From NCBI RefSeq assembly GCF_000315625.1, contig NW_005434661.1:298878-362877 (forward strand): a DNA stretch of 64,000 nucleotides, written 5' to 3'. Position numbers and translations under genes: made by a program. This document shows, piece after piece, positions 1 through 10,767 of the stretch. Position 1 is the first letter of the stretch. Every line of letters begins with the position of its first letter. Origin of the DNA: Guillardia theta CCMP2712 (lineage: Eukaryota > Protista > Cryptophyta). Under the pieces are notes generated by a model. The model did no database searches and was not told the origin of the DNA. It worked only from the letters and a program-made list of their open reading frames with translations.

Positions 1-320
1 TCAACCCTCCCCTTGAGTCTCCTGTTCACCTCACAATGCGCCTGCTCCACGAGGTGTGTCTTCCCTGACCCCATGCCGCCAAGAACAACATGTATTGGGA
101 TCTTGTCTATGAGTGTCCTAAACGCATCTGAGACAACATCTTCCTTGATCGCGTTTCTTTGGTCATCGTGGATGAAGCCCGTCCGTACTATCTTCGTCCC
201 TCCCCCTTCAGATCTGCTGCCATCATTCCCATCGGCGAAATAATGGCGCCGAGATGTGTACCTTGTATGTGTCCTCCTCCTGCTATTTTCCGTCCCAACC
301 ATACTGCCAGCGGACTGCAT
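1..320 (-). CDS. P-loop NTPase, partial (runs off window start)
   Basis: Minus-strand frame is open to the window edge and reads IPIHVVLGGMGSGKTHLVEQ, a hydrophobic strand followed by Walker A GxxGxGKT. The 5' exon structure is uncertain. Confidence 0.55.
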   Translation of the reverse strand, partial: MQSAGSMVGTENSRRRTHTRYTSRRHYFADGNDGSRSEGGGTKIVRTGFIHDDQRNAIKEDVVSDAFRTLIDKIPIHVVLGGMGSGKTHLVEQAHCEVNRRLKGRV

Positions 321-1544
321 GTCTTCTTCACGCTTCAGGTCTCCATGCCGTTGCGACTGCCGGTCCTGGTTACAACTTTGTGGGACTTGATTCCGCCCTC
401 AGCTCAACACCTCGAAGAGCAGCAGGAAAAGAAAGGATCAGGACAGGACGAAGGACTTCATATCTTCCAGCTTCATGCTGAGAAGAGCAGGACGAGGGAG
501 GCAGGGCGACGCCATATCCCTCCTCCTCCGCCCTCCCTCATTGTACCATGTTGAACCTTGCGCTGCTAGTTTGTGAGTGTCCTGAGGCAGACTCCCTCCA
601 TTACCACCCCCCTGGGTGTACCCCTACACATTTCTATTATACCACCTCCGACATGTTCTTGCCGCGGAAAAGTACCCTAACTTTTACACAAAAAACCACC
701 CTTCATCATGGGAAACCTCAGAACAAAGTCCTACCCCTACCCCTCAAAATATCACCCCACCCTATTCGTATCGCGCGCCTTCCTCTGAGACACCTCGTGA
801 GCCCCTCATGCTCCCTCCTTCCGCTTCTTTCTCCTCCCCCGCTCCCTCTCCTCTCCTCTCCTCTCCTCTCCTCTCCCCCCTGTTCCTCTCCTTCTCCTTC
901 TTCTTCTCCGCTCCTTTCCGGTTCCTCTCCTCTCCTCTCCTCTCCTCTCCTTCTTCATCCTATCCTCGTTCCTTCCTCCTCCTCTCCTCTTTCCTTGTCC
1001 CTTCTCTCGTCCTCCCTTGTACTTCCTCTGATTCACATCGACCCTGTCTTTGCCTTGTCTGCCGTCCCGCGCGCTACTTATTCCTCATCGCCATGACACC
1101 TGCTTACATTTACACATCATTGCGCATGTTTTTCTGATGAAATTCTATTATAGCCGTGTTCAATATCTATTTTCTCTTTCATGGCTTTTTCTAACTCATA
1201 ATCTCAAATATCTCTTCAGCTCTCCATCAACTTGCACACAAATTTGCCTGCATTAACTACATTTTCACGTGTTGGATGCTGGCACTGCGGTGTAGCTTAC
1301 AGACATTTTGCTATGATTTGTCTTTCGCTCTTCTCTACATAATTGTCCTGCTGAATTCAATCCACCACATTGTCGTGGTTGAAGATGCTTTTCTGATGTT
1401 GTGTAAGACGAAAACAATTACAGCTTCAGATTTTTCAGTCGCTTGTGTTTATCGAATTGCATTAAGGCTTTTGCTTCAATGTTACAATGTTATCTGAATC
1501 TTTGAAGTGCTTTCCTGTCCGCGAGGTTTTGATCATTGTGGCAG

Positions 1545-2040
1545 ATGGCAGAGGATGACTTCTACCTTCGGTATTACACGGGGCATCAAGGAAAGTTCGG
1601 CCACGAATTCTTGGAGTTCGAGTTCAGGCCTGACGGCAAGCTGAGATATGCAAACAACTCCAACTACAAGGGAGACAACATGATTCGAAAGGAAGTGTTT
1701 GTGAACGAAGGAATCCGTGAGGCTCTCAAGAAGATCGTGGCGGACAGTGAGATCATGAAGGAAGACGACAACAACTGGCCCATGCCTGACAAGGTTGGAC
1801 GGCAAGAGCTTGAGGTGAGTGCCTGATCTATCTCATGACTGGGGCTGATCTTTCCTACTTGATCAGATCGTGCTTGGTTCGGAGCACATCTCTTTCACAA
1901 CCACTAAGATTGGAAGCTTGCTGGATGTCGAAGACAGCAAGGATCCGGAGGGACTCAGGGTGTTCTATTACTTGGTGCAGGACATCAAGTGTTTCGTGTT
2001 TGCCATTGTGCAAATGCATTTCAGAATCAAGCCAATCTAA
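1545..2040 (+). CDS. MAGO: Mago nashi, exon junction complex core protein (2 exons; intron 1815-1866)
   Basis: [37 protein letters not shown]...; after the GT-AG intron [18 protein letters not shown]...[12 protein letters not shown]...HFRIKPI*. Confidence 0.97.
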
Positions 2041-2300
2041 GTTGCGGATGAATTTGTGATGACTGAAGCTGTACAGCACAACCTCCCCCACATGAGAGAG
2101 CATTCAACTCCATGTGGTCTGCAGGAACTCAATATCTTGACTCAAGTTCAGCTCACATCTTGTCTCGCGACGATCTGTGTTCCTTTATGATGAATTTCAA
2201 GTTAACAATAAATTCCGAGAGATAAAATTTGTTACAGGTGCCCGCAACTCACATCGACACAAGACAGTTAAGGGAAAAGTGTTAGAAGCCCTTATGGCCT

Positions 2301-3419
2301 TTACATGTCATCTGCCTTGTAAGCCACCATCGCATCGACCTTGTGCACCTGCGACACATTCAACTCTTGCACGCAACAACGAGTGTATTGTTTCACCTTG
2401 GTACTGAAGCTGCGCAGGCGGACCTCCTGTCCCCAGAGGGTCAGTGAGGACAGACAGCGCAAAGAGAAGTAGACCTGTTGGTTGTTGATGTACTTCGGGT
2501 CTGACTCCTCCCATGTTTGTGGCACTTCCACATTGCTGTCAGTATACACCTGTTTGCGGAGGAGAATGTAAGATTCGATGAGAGTCCAGGCAGAGACACA
2601 AACAACCAGAAGGTCAAAGGTGCAGGCATCCTGCAGCAGGGGAAGGAATGTGACACTGGCGGTGATTTGCCTGATGATGGCCTGGAGGAGCAACCGTTTA
2701 CCGCTGAAGTCACAACAGGTGAAAGGACTAACCTGGATCTCGTTCATGATGTCCCGCTCCGACTTCTCGAACTCCTTCTCCGGTTGTTCGACCTGAGCAG
2801 CTCAATGACATCTAGACATGCGACTGGGAGTCGATAATGATCACCGCATCCTTCTCCGTTTCGATGTCAAAATTCCATCGTTCGAGCACCTGCGATTTCT
2901 TTACAGGGGGTTCACACTTGGTAACGATTCCTGCACCTGCTGTGTCTCCAATGAAGTGATCACCAGGACAAGCTTCTGCACGTTGCCCGCATACAGCCAT
3001 TCTGTGAGGAAATTCTCGTTACAAATGCAACCAGATGAACGAATGGCTGCCAAACCTGAAAGCTGAGTAAGAACCTGCTGCAGGTATTTCTGCAGTCCAG
3101 AATCGTTGGTTACAAGCATCTGCAGAAATCTTCAAACACAAGACTGCTGCTTGTTTTCTCTATCACTTGCAGGCCATACTTGTTGACCTTTGCAAAGCTT
3201 TCAGGAGGATAAATTCCCCTCTGTCCCAGGAATCAGCACGGCCTCCTACCGACGTAAGGAGATGGCGTACCTGATATAGAATGCTATTGATGCTGTATCC
3301 AAAAAATTCCGTGACGATTTCTGTGGATCCCTTCAAAGTGATTGTGTTCTTCGCGGCCTGTTTCCCTGCTGTGAGTGGGATCCGCCATTGCATCACTGTC
3401 ATACCTGTGCCTGACGCAT
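2301..3419 (-). CDS. MAD2: Spindle assembly checkpoint HORMA protein Mad2 (multi-exon)
   Basis: [92 protein letters not shown]. Confidence 0.95.
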
Positions 3420-4036
3420 ATTGCTGACGGTAGTGCGACTGAAGAAGAGCATCATTGGAATCTATCACGCAAACAAGCAGAAAAAAAATGGAAGAAGAAG
3501 AGTTCGACTATCAATACATCTCCAAAATCCCAGACTACCAAGTTTCTCCTTCTAGTTTTCATCTGGTGACTTCCCGCTCACGAGCTGAGGGAGCTTCTTG
3601 AGAGCACTACAGCTCAACTCTAAGGCACTATCCTCATCTATCTCCTCCCTCCAACAGCTCACGCCGGACCCTGTATCCTACCCACGCCTGCCACCGCATT
3701 GCGGCAATTCAAAATGATCGATTATAACTATAACAGTAACGTCTTGAAACGGTCGCAACAACCGTCATCCTAGACATCTGCTGGACATCCCTCCTTCAGG
3801 TTCAGGGGCAGCTGCCCTGTAGAATCATGGCAGGCGGGCCCGGACAAAAACTTCGCTTCATGGCTTCGAAGCGAGCGGCGCCGGCATGGAGGAGAATGGA
3901 GAAGGAGGGTGAGAGGACGTCGTTGACTCTCCTGGTCACTCTCGTTTCATCCTCATAGCGCTATTCTCCTGTCCATCTCCTCCCTCACACGTTGCTGCCA
4001 ACTGCTTGAGCTCAAACGAGCGCAGGTCTGGTCGCC

Positions 4037-5745
4037 TTGGTGGTTGTGTTGGCCGTGGCCATGCTGGCGTTCGGCAAGGCGAGAACTTCAAAACCCGAGC
4101 AGGATATCACTGAGCTCTACATGCCTCGACCTGGAGGATCCAAGACTCTCTCCGACGGCAAGTCTTCCTGCCATGGCACTTTGCAGGATCCCCTCATACA
4201 CCGCAGGACGAAAGATGCCTTCGCTGGGTCTGGGGACATGGTTGAGCAAGAGAGGAGAAGTCAGGGATGCGGTGCGGGAGGCCATTAAGATGGGCTACAG
4301 GCAAGACGGCTACTGCTCTCCTCTGCTACTCTCCTTCCCATCCTCAACCTTCCATACACTCAGGCACCTGGACGCCGCATGGATTTACGGCAACGAGGAC
4401 GAGGTCGGCAAAGGCATCGCTGATTGCATCAAGGAAGGAATCGTGCGCCGAGAGGATCTCTTTGTCACCAGCAAGTTGTGGAACACGTTTCACGACCCTG
4501 AAGACGTCCCCAAGGTTCGGGTGCCGGGTTGAGGTAGTGGAACTGTTGAAAGGAACGTGTCTACTCCAGGCTCTCAATGACAGTTTGAACAAGCTCGGCC
4601 TCGAGTACCTCGATCTTTACTTGATCCACTGGCCTCTCGCCTTCAAGAGGTGAAAGCTGCAGCCTTTCGCTCCGTCGTGACTCCAGCACAGGAACGCTAC
4701 CTCAGCCCGCGGGGCGAAAATCCCCGAGTCTGACTACGCAAAGATCCCCATTTCAAAGACATGGTAAATCTCACTTCGCAACAGAAATCCACGGCAAGGT
4801 CGTCGGCCAGTGAATGTGCTGCGCGCAGGAAGGCCATGGAGAAGCTTGTTCGTGCTGGATCAGTCAGGTGCCTTCGTTCGAACAGCACTCGGGTGTGCTG
4901 ACGTCATGGACTTTCGTGAAGATCCATCGGAGTCTCGAACTTCGGCATCGGGGGGCTCAAGAGCTTGTTGTCAAGGTCCACCATCAAGCCCGCTGTCAAC
5001 CAGGTGATACACCAGCACCCTCTCCCAGTCGACCTCAGAGGCATCCCATGCACCAGGTTGAAGGGCATCCGTACCTCGAGCAATGGCCCCTGCTCAAGTT
5101 TTGCAAGGAGCAAAAGATCGCTGTGACTGCATATTCTCCCTTGGGGAGCCCCGGAAGGTATTCCTACACCTGCAATGGCAGCGCAGTCATCGATCACTCC
5201 AACAGAGATGTCAAGGCTTCAGGAGAACCTCACCTCCTGAGCGAACCATCGGTGATCAGGTGTAACTTTGACTCCTGCTCCTCGGGGCTAAAGTTTTCTT
5301 CCTCCTTCCTTTGAACGTCGTTCAGGATCGCCGGAAGCCTCAACTGCACTCCAGCACAGGTGAGATGCCTAAGGCTTTTGTGAGGCGCATTGAAGAATTC
5401 GCCTTCAAGGTCCTCTTGCTGTGGGGTTGGCACCGCGGCACCATTGTACGTCAAGGGCCTGCTGAGCGCTTACCACCCATGACTTTCTCACGAAGGTCAT
5501 TCCAAAATCTGTGACCAAGAGAAGACTGCAAGAGAATCTGGAGGTGTTTCAGGACATGCTGTCTGGGAAGAAAGCACTGTCCAGGTTGGATAGACTTCCA
5601 CATGTACATCTAGACCTTTTCTGAACCTTCTTGTAGGGACAACTGGCTGGAGTTGAACAAGCTGGACAGAAAGTATCGCTTCGTGACAGGAGAAAGGTTC
5701 CTTCGAACAGGTCAAACGGTAGAAGAATTCTGGGAGCAATCTTAA
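4037..5745 (+). CDS. Aldo-keto reductase (AKR1/AKR4-like), multi-exon, with hydrophobic N-terminal extension
   Basis: MPSLGLGTW; [15 protein letters not shown]; DLFVTSKLW; [14 protein letters not shown] (D-Y-K-H tetrad); QVEGHPY; [10 protein letters not shown]. The start is uncertain (possibly ATG ~3827). Confidence 0.92.
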
Positions 5746-5786
5746 GACTCTCGATGTGATTGCATCAGCTGTCTGGATCCCAAACT

Positions 5787-8182
5787 CTACAGGAGCTTCT
5801 GCTCTTTCTCTGCTGAGGCAAACGAGAACGTCTTGTCGGCATGCTTCGGGACAATGCAGCTCCACGGTTGTTGCCGTCCGTTCTGAAGGATAAACAAAAG
5901 AATCAGGCGGGGAAACAACCGATGGGCAAGCAGGCGACTCACAGAGAGCTTCAGGACTTCGCTCTTGACGTTTGTCAACATGTCTACATACGGCCCCTCA
6001 GCTCCGAGCATCGAAACAAGGACCTTGGTGAAGAGAGAGATCATGGTCGGCGATTCAGGGAAGAGGGTTCCTGAAGGCTCGTGGCTGTAGAGCATGCAGA
6101 GACTGGAGTCTTCTTGAAGCACCTCCTCCAGGGCGAGCTCCTGCTCGATGGCCCCTCCAGCAAGCAGTGGGAACCAGCTCTCCTGCACCCCGTCCATGCT
6201 CCCTTCCATCACTTGAAGCCTGTTCTGAGCCATGACGGGAGACTTCTTGACGTAGGAGGCAGGAGTTCCCGGAGGCCTGAGATGGGGAAGGAAGGCAGCA
6301 GGGAAACGATTGTCCCAATCGTTGAATCCATCCTTCCATTTGCCGCAACCTGAAGGCGCCTTGATAGCTGGCGAAGCTCTGAAGACATCGAGGAGGATGA
6401 AGCTGAGAGTTCCTTTGGCAGACTGCAGCGGGAGGATGACATCGTCTCGGAGGCACACAGCGTTCGAAGGAAACTTGTAAGACATGGCGAGGTGGTCCGC
6501 CTTGCCCTCTGCTGGGATAAGATAGTTCTTACCGTTCACGTGTCTGGCATGACCGGAAAAGTAGAATACAACAAGATCGCTATCTTGCAGGCTTTGCCCA
6601 CATTGCTTGATCTTTTCTTTCATCTCTGACTTCCTTGCATCTGTGAGCAATGTTGTTTGAAAACCGAGATCCCGCAAACGACGTGCTACAGACTCCGCAT
6701 CCCGTCTGCAAACATCCGTCGAGGACTTTCCGGGCCCGATCGCATTCCCTATCACCAGCGCAAATTTTCGAACTCGCCGACGCACCATCTGCCTCTCGCC
6801 TTTGATCGTCGAACGCAAGATCCCAGTCTTCCTCTCCTCCTCTTCCAGCGCTCTTTCCCTTCGCTCGTTCTCGAGCAGACAGGCTGCCTCCAAAACTCTC
6901 CTTACTTCACCTGCGCGAGAGACCTCGTCCAAAGGCGTGCAGCCCATGGCGCTCTTGATGGAGAGATCGCTCAGGTATGGCGGCAGCGGCAGCGCTGGAA
7001 ACCTCTGCATGCACAATCGGTACAACTGACCCACGTCATCGTACAGCCAGTCAGAGGGATAGACGTGCTGCAGTCGAGTTCGAGCGTTCCCGTTCCTCGT
7101 GCTGTTCGAAATCAGCTGCTCCACCTGGTTCGACCACGCCGTCTCATCCTCCAGCAGGCGGGCCATTGTCATGCCGCGATCCTCCTTAGCTTCCATTTCC
7201 TCGTTGTCCAACGGGTACGAGGGTCCTCCGAGCAGCATACAGACGATTTTGATATCACTGCATCTCATGTCATCCAACAAGGACGTCAGGAGAACACGTT
7301 ACCAGCCAGTCGTGGTCGCTGCTAAGTGCAACGGTGTCCAGCTCTGTGTTCGTGTACACGCGCATGGGTCCGCATTCCTCTCGAGCAGGACACGAACTGT
7401 GCGCGCATGATTCTTCTGCAGAAACAGAACAAGTGAGCTAGCATGCATGGAAGGACGGGCGTAAGACCTGCACAGCAATATGCAGCGGGGTCCTGCCTCG
7501 AGTGTCCTTCGAGTTGACATCAGCTTGGTTGTCGATCAACAGCGTGCAAGTCTCATGTTTTCCGTATTCTGCGAAAGTAGTTATAGTCTCATGAGAGGAT
7601 CCTTCCTCTCTACACCTGCTGCCAGAGAGAGCGGTGTTCGACCATCGTAGTTCTTCAAGTCCACGTTAGCACCAGCGTCGATGAGCGTTTGTACCATTTT
7701 CAACTGAAACAAACGCATCAATGACGTTGCAAGCTTGCATGCCTCCATCAATGTTCAGACACAATGGCAAGTTGATCTCCTCATCTAGAATCGAGCATGA
7801 CCTGTCCCTTGATGGCGGCAAAGAAGAGCGGGGACTGTCCATCTTCGACCCACGTCTGGTCCACAAAAACCTTGTTGAGGTTCATCCCAGCCGACGAGTC
7901 CTGCATGTCCTCATCACAACCTGCAATATCATCATCTCTAGACTTTACCTTCGCTAGCATCGTCCTTGCAAGATTGTCGTCTCCCTGCAAACGTTGCTCA
8001 GCCGGGTCTCGTCGCAGGAATCCGGCAGGCACCTTCATCGCTGCAGCATGCAGCTTATTCCTGTAGAGCCATGAGGTTCTCATTTCTTTCTCCATCTTCT
8101 GCATTCTCCTCTTCTCCCTGTCCCTTGCCAGTCGCGCTGCTCTGTGATCCTGTTCCATGCCCTCACCTACCCCGTCCTGCAT
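5787..8182 (-). CDS. Ankyrin-repeat protein with C-terminal caspase-like (peptidase C14) domain, catalytic Cys absent
   Basis: Ankyrin motifs GQSPLFFAA, LIDAGANVDLKNYDGRTPLSLAA, GRTPLHIAV, SWTPLHLAA; C14 motifs KFALVIGN, VFYFSGHA, NYLIP, LLDVFR, SLFTKVL, GRQQPW. Confidence 0.85.
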
Positions 8183-8445
8183 TGCCCCAACTCCGTCTAA
8201 TAAATCGCATCTCTCTGAATTTCTCCCTCAAATTTCCTTGTCAGAATTCAAAAATGTGCCCTAAATTCCAAGATGCTGTCTTGAAGCATTTCAGTATTAT
8301 GAAGTTTTGTCTCATAAATTGAAATTTTAACTCAATCGATTTGAACACTTTCCGTGGGATGGCTTCTTGGGGGCAGCAGATTGCATTTACCCCTCTACCT
8401 ATCGACTGTCAGCATTCCTGACCTCTGGCAGGGGAAAAGGGCGCC

Positions 8446-9030
8446 ATGGGGGCAGGGAGTTCGGCGAGGAAGGGGGCGAGACGAGCAGAGGAGCAGGATA
8501 GATCCACTCGAATGAAAGTGCAGAAAGTCTACAGGGGTATCAACAACCTTCCTGGTGTCGGCCTGTACGACCCGGCCAAAACTCACATGTCCCCGGAGAA
8601 ACATGGAACAGAAGGGCGACGGCAGGGCGACTCCGCGTCGGTAATCGCGCCATCGATCGCAACGGCATGCTCCGTGAGGTATGCAAGCTGTTGCCCATCA
8701 TTGAAGTTCTGTCCAGCCATGTGCGCAGCTAACGCTGTGCTCGCAAAGGAACATTGAAGTAACGGAATTTTACCTCGGAGGAAGGAAGACCCCTTGCTGT
8801 ATTATCCTGGGAGAGGAGGTAAAGAAGATTTACTCTGTGTGGGGTCTCCTCCAGAGTCTCTCAGACTTCCAATCTTCTCTCTATGAGTGTTGTTGTTCTG
8901 CTCTGAACTGCTTCTTCATGATCAGATTGAAAGCCAGAGAAATATACCCCTTTGCGCACCGTCGTCAGGTATATCCGCGGCAATCTGCACGATACCAGGG
9001 TCTGATGGGCCTGCCAGATACTTGGAGTAG
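8446..9030 (+). CDS. Small hypothetical protein with N-myristoylation-type start (MGAGSS)
   Basis: Three exons join in frame through GT-AG introns; MGxxxS N-terminus; no family recognised. Confidence 0.5.
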
Positions 9031-9367
9031 TCAGGACAATTGAGGATGACTCAGACAGAACAATTGTGCTGAAAGGAGCTGCTTTTCATCGTTCACCGAC
9101 CCCTTACCTTACTTTGTGTCAGAAGTGTTTTTTTGTTGTAATTTATGTAAACAAAACTTTGTTGTCCTAAGAAAAAGACCAGTCTAGATATTGCCCAGTC
9201 CTGATCGTGGTTGCAAAGAGTCTCTAGACTGGACATTTCTAATTTGAAACTGTTATAAGCACATTCTCTAGAAACATTTCCAACTGGTTTCAATTTTCAA
9301 AACTACAGATACATCTACATGAAAATCGGCTACAAACAAATACAAAGATGCTGAGGGAGGCTAAAGT

Positions 9368-10662
9368 TTAACGCAGTTCGAGGAGAGATTGTGAGGCATT
9401 GTCTTCCAGCACAGATGCTCCATTGGAGCAACAGAACTTGGGGTTCGATGTCACTCCGTCCCTGGCTGAGAATCTGTACTACAAATCAGCCTGGTTGCGA
9501 GCAATATGAACATTTACCGGGCAAGCCAAGGGCAGCCACACCTGTGACATCTGGGAGCTACTGATGGTTGAGACATTTCTTTGACTCCATCGTGCTCTTC
9601 GACAGAAGAATGGTCAGCGTCGTGAGATCCATGCGGTATTGGCAATACCAACGATCGTGATGTAGTTTGGGAAGAAGCGGTCATACACATACAGGTTGTT
9701 CGGCCTGCCGGTCTCTGATATTCCCTCTGAGATCTGGCGCATTGGAGACGAGGTCAGCGATCCCTGCCTGGGGCGTTCCACGGCTCACAATCAGCTCGCA
9801 GCCCACGAAAGGAGTCCTGTCTCTTCCCTCGCCCTGACCTCCCGAGCCCTCGACCCCCATCTCCAGCTTGAAGGCATTCTCGCGTAACGATCTGTCAAAG
9901 AATCCTTGTGCCTGTGTCTCGATCAGCATTTCCAACTTCCCCCACTCCTCCCCGACGCACTTCCTCGAGGTGGGCTAGAGTCATGGCCAGGTGCTCGAAG
10001 CACTTGTCTGCTAGGATGCTCTGAGACCATGAGGATCGCTCAGTGGACATTGCAGCAAGCAAGATCTCACAGAAAGATCGTCGGCTACAATCAGAAGATT
10101 CGGCATCTCCTCAAGGTCGTGTATGCCCGCCAGCGCTGACCTGGGTGTTCCAGATGCGGTTTTCAAGGTTGGGATGCTCCAAGGCCAAGAGACCTACCGC
10201 AGATCATACCCGCTGTTCACGAACTTGATTCCAATTCTCTAATCAACCTGGTAAAGTCCAAGTATCTTCACTCGTGAGCATTCTTCTCACCTTCAGAGCT
10301 TTCTTGCAAAGTTTGCGCTGCTTTATATTAGCGTACATGTAATTACGCTTCCGCCTGAAAAAACATGGCGTCATGGTCTCTGATGACTATTCGCATTCTT
10401 TTGGTACTTGGTGAAGAAGATTGAGTTGAATCCTCTGAGAGCAGCGTTGTAGGCATACTGCATCAGCAATGCCATCTAGTTTGTGGGTCACCCCCTAACA
10501 AACAACAAACAAGGCAATGCGCACCTTGCACTCCTCGTCGGCACCTGCGAGGACGAGTCCGCGAGGTCGCATGGGATCGATGTTGGTTTCCTCATCACAG
10601 ACTCTTGGCGCGTCTTGCCCGAGCATGAGCGCTACTACCAGCTCCTCCCACCCTCCCGCCAT
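9368..10662 (-). CDS. Putative SWSAP1-like (RAD51/RecA-paralogue) protein
   Basis: Spliced: RGLVLAGADEECKMALLMQYAYNAALRGFNSIFFTK...RIGIKFVNSGYDLRSALAGIHDLEEMPNLLIVADDLS. The motif order recalls SWSAP1 (degenerate Walker A, hhhhDD Walker B). Confidence 0.5.
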
Positions 10663-10767
10663 TTTTCCTGCCATTTTTCGGAGAGGGTAACTATGGTCCT
10701 GTGAGGGGATGAGGGTAACTGTTTTTCACCGAAGAAAAACGTCAAGCGCGCAATTGTAACGACAACA

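Noticed and set aside
548-1137. 182-aa and 173-aa Leu/Ser/Pro-rich ORFs
   Set aside because: They arise from stop-poor CT-rich low-complexity intergenic DNA; no motifs.
2301-8182. HORMA gene near a caspase-like gene, suggestive of a bacterial CBASS/HORMA defence locus
   Set aside because: The HORMA protein is canonical intron-containing Mad2, and no CD-NTase or TRIP13 gene is visible; the proximity looks incidental.
9179-9232. 10-bp inverted repeat CCAGTCTAGA/TCTAGACTGG between convergent genes
   Set aside because: Too short and isolated to call a terminator or MITE; no TSD or second copy seen.
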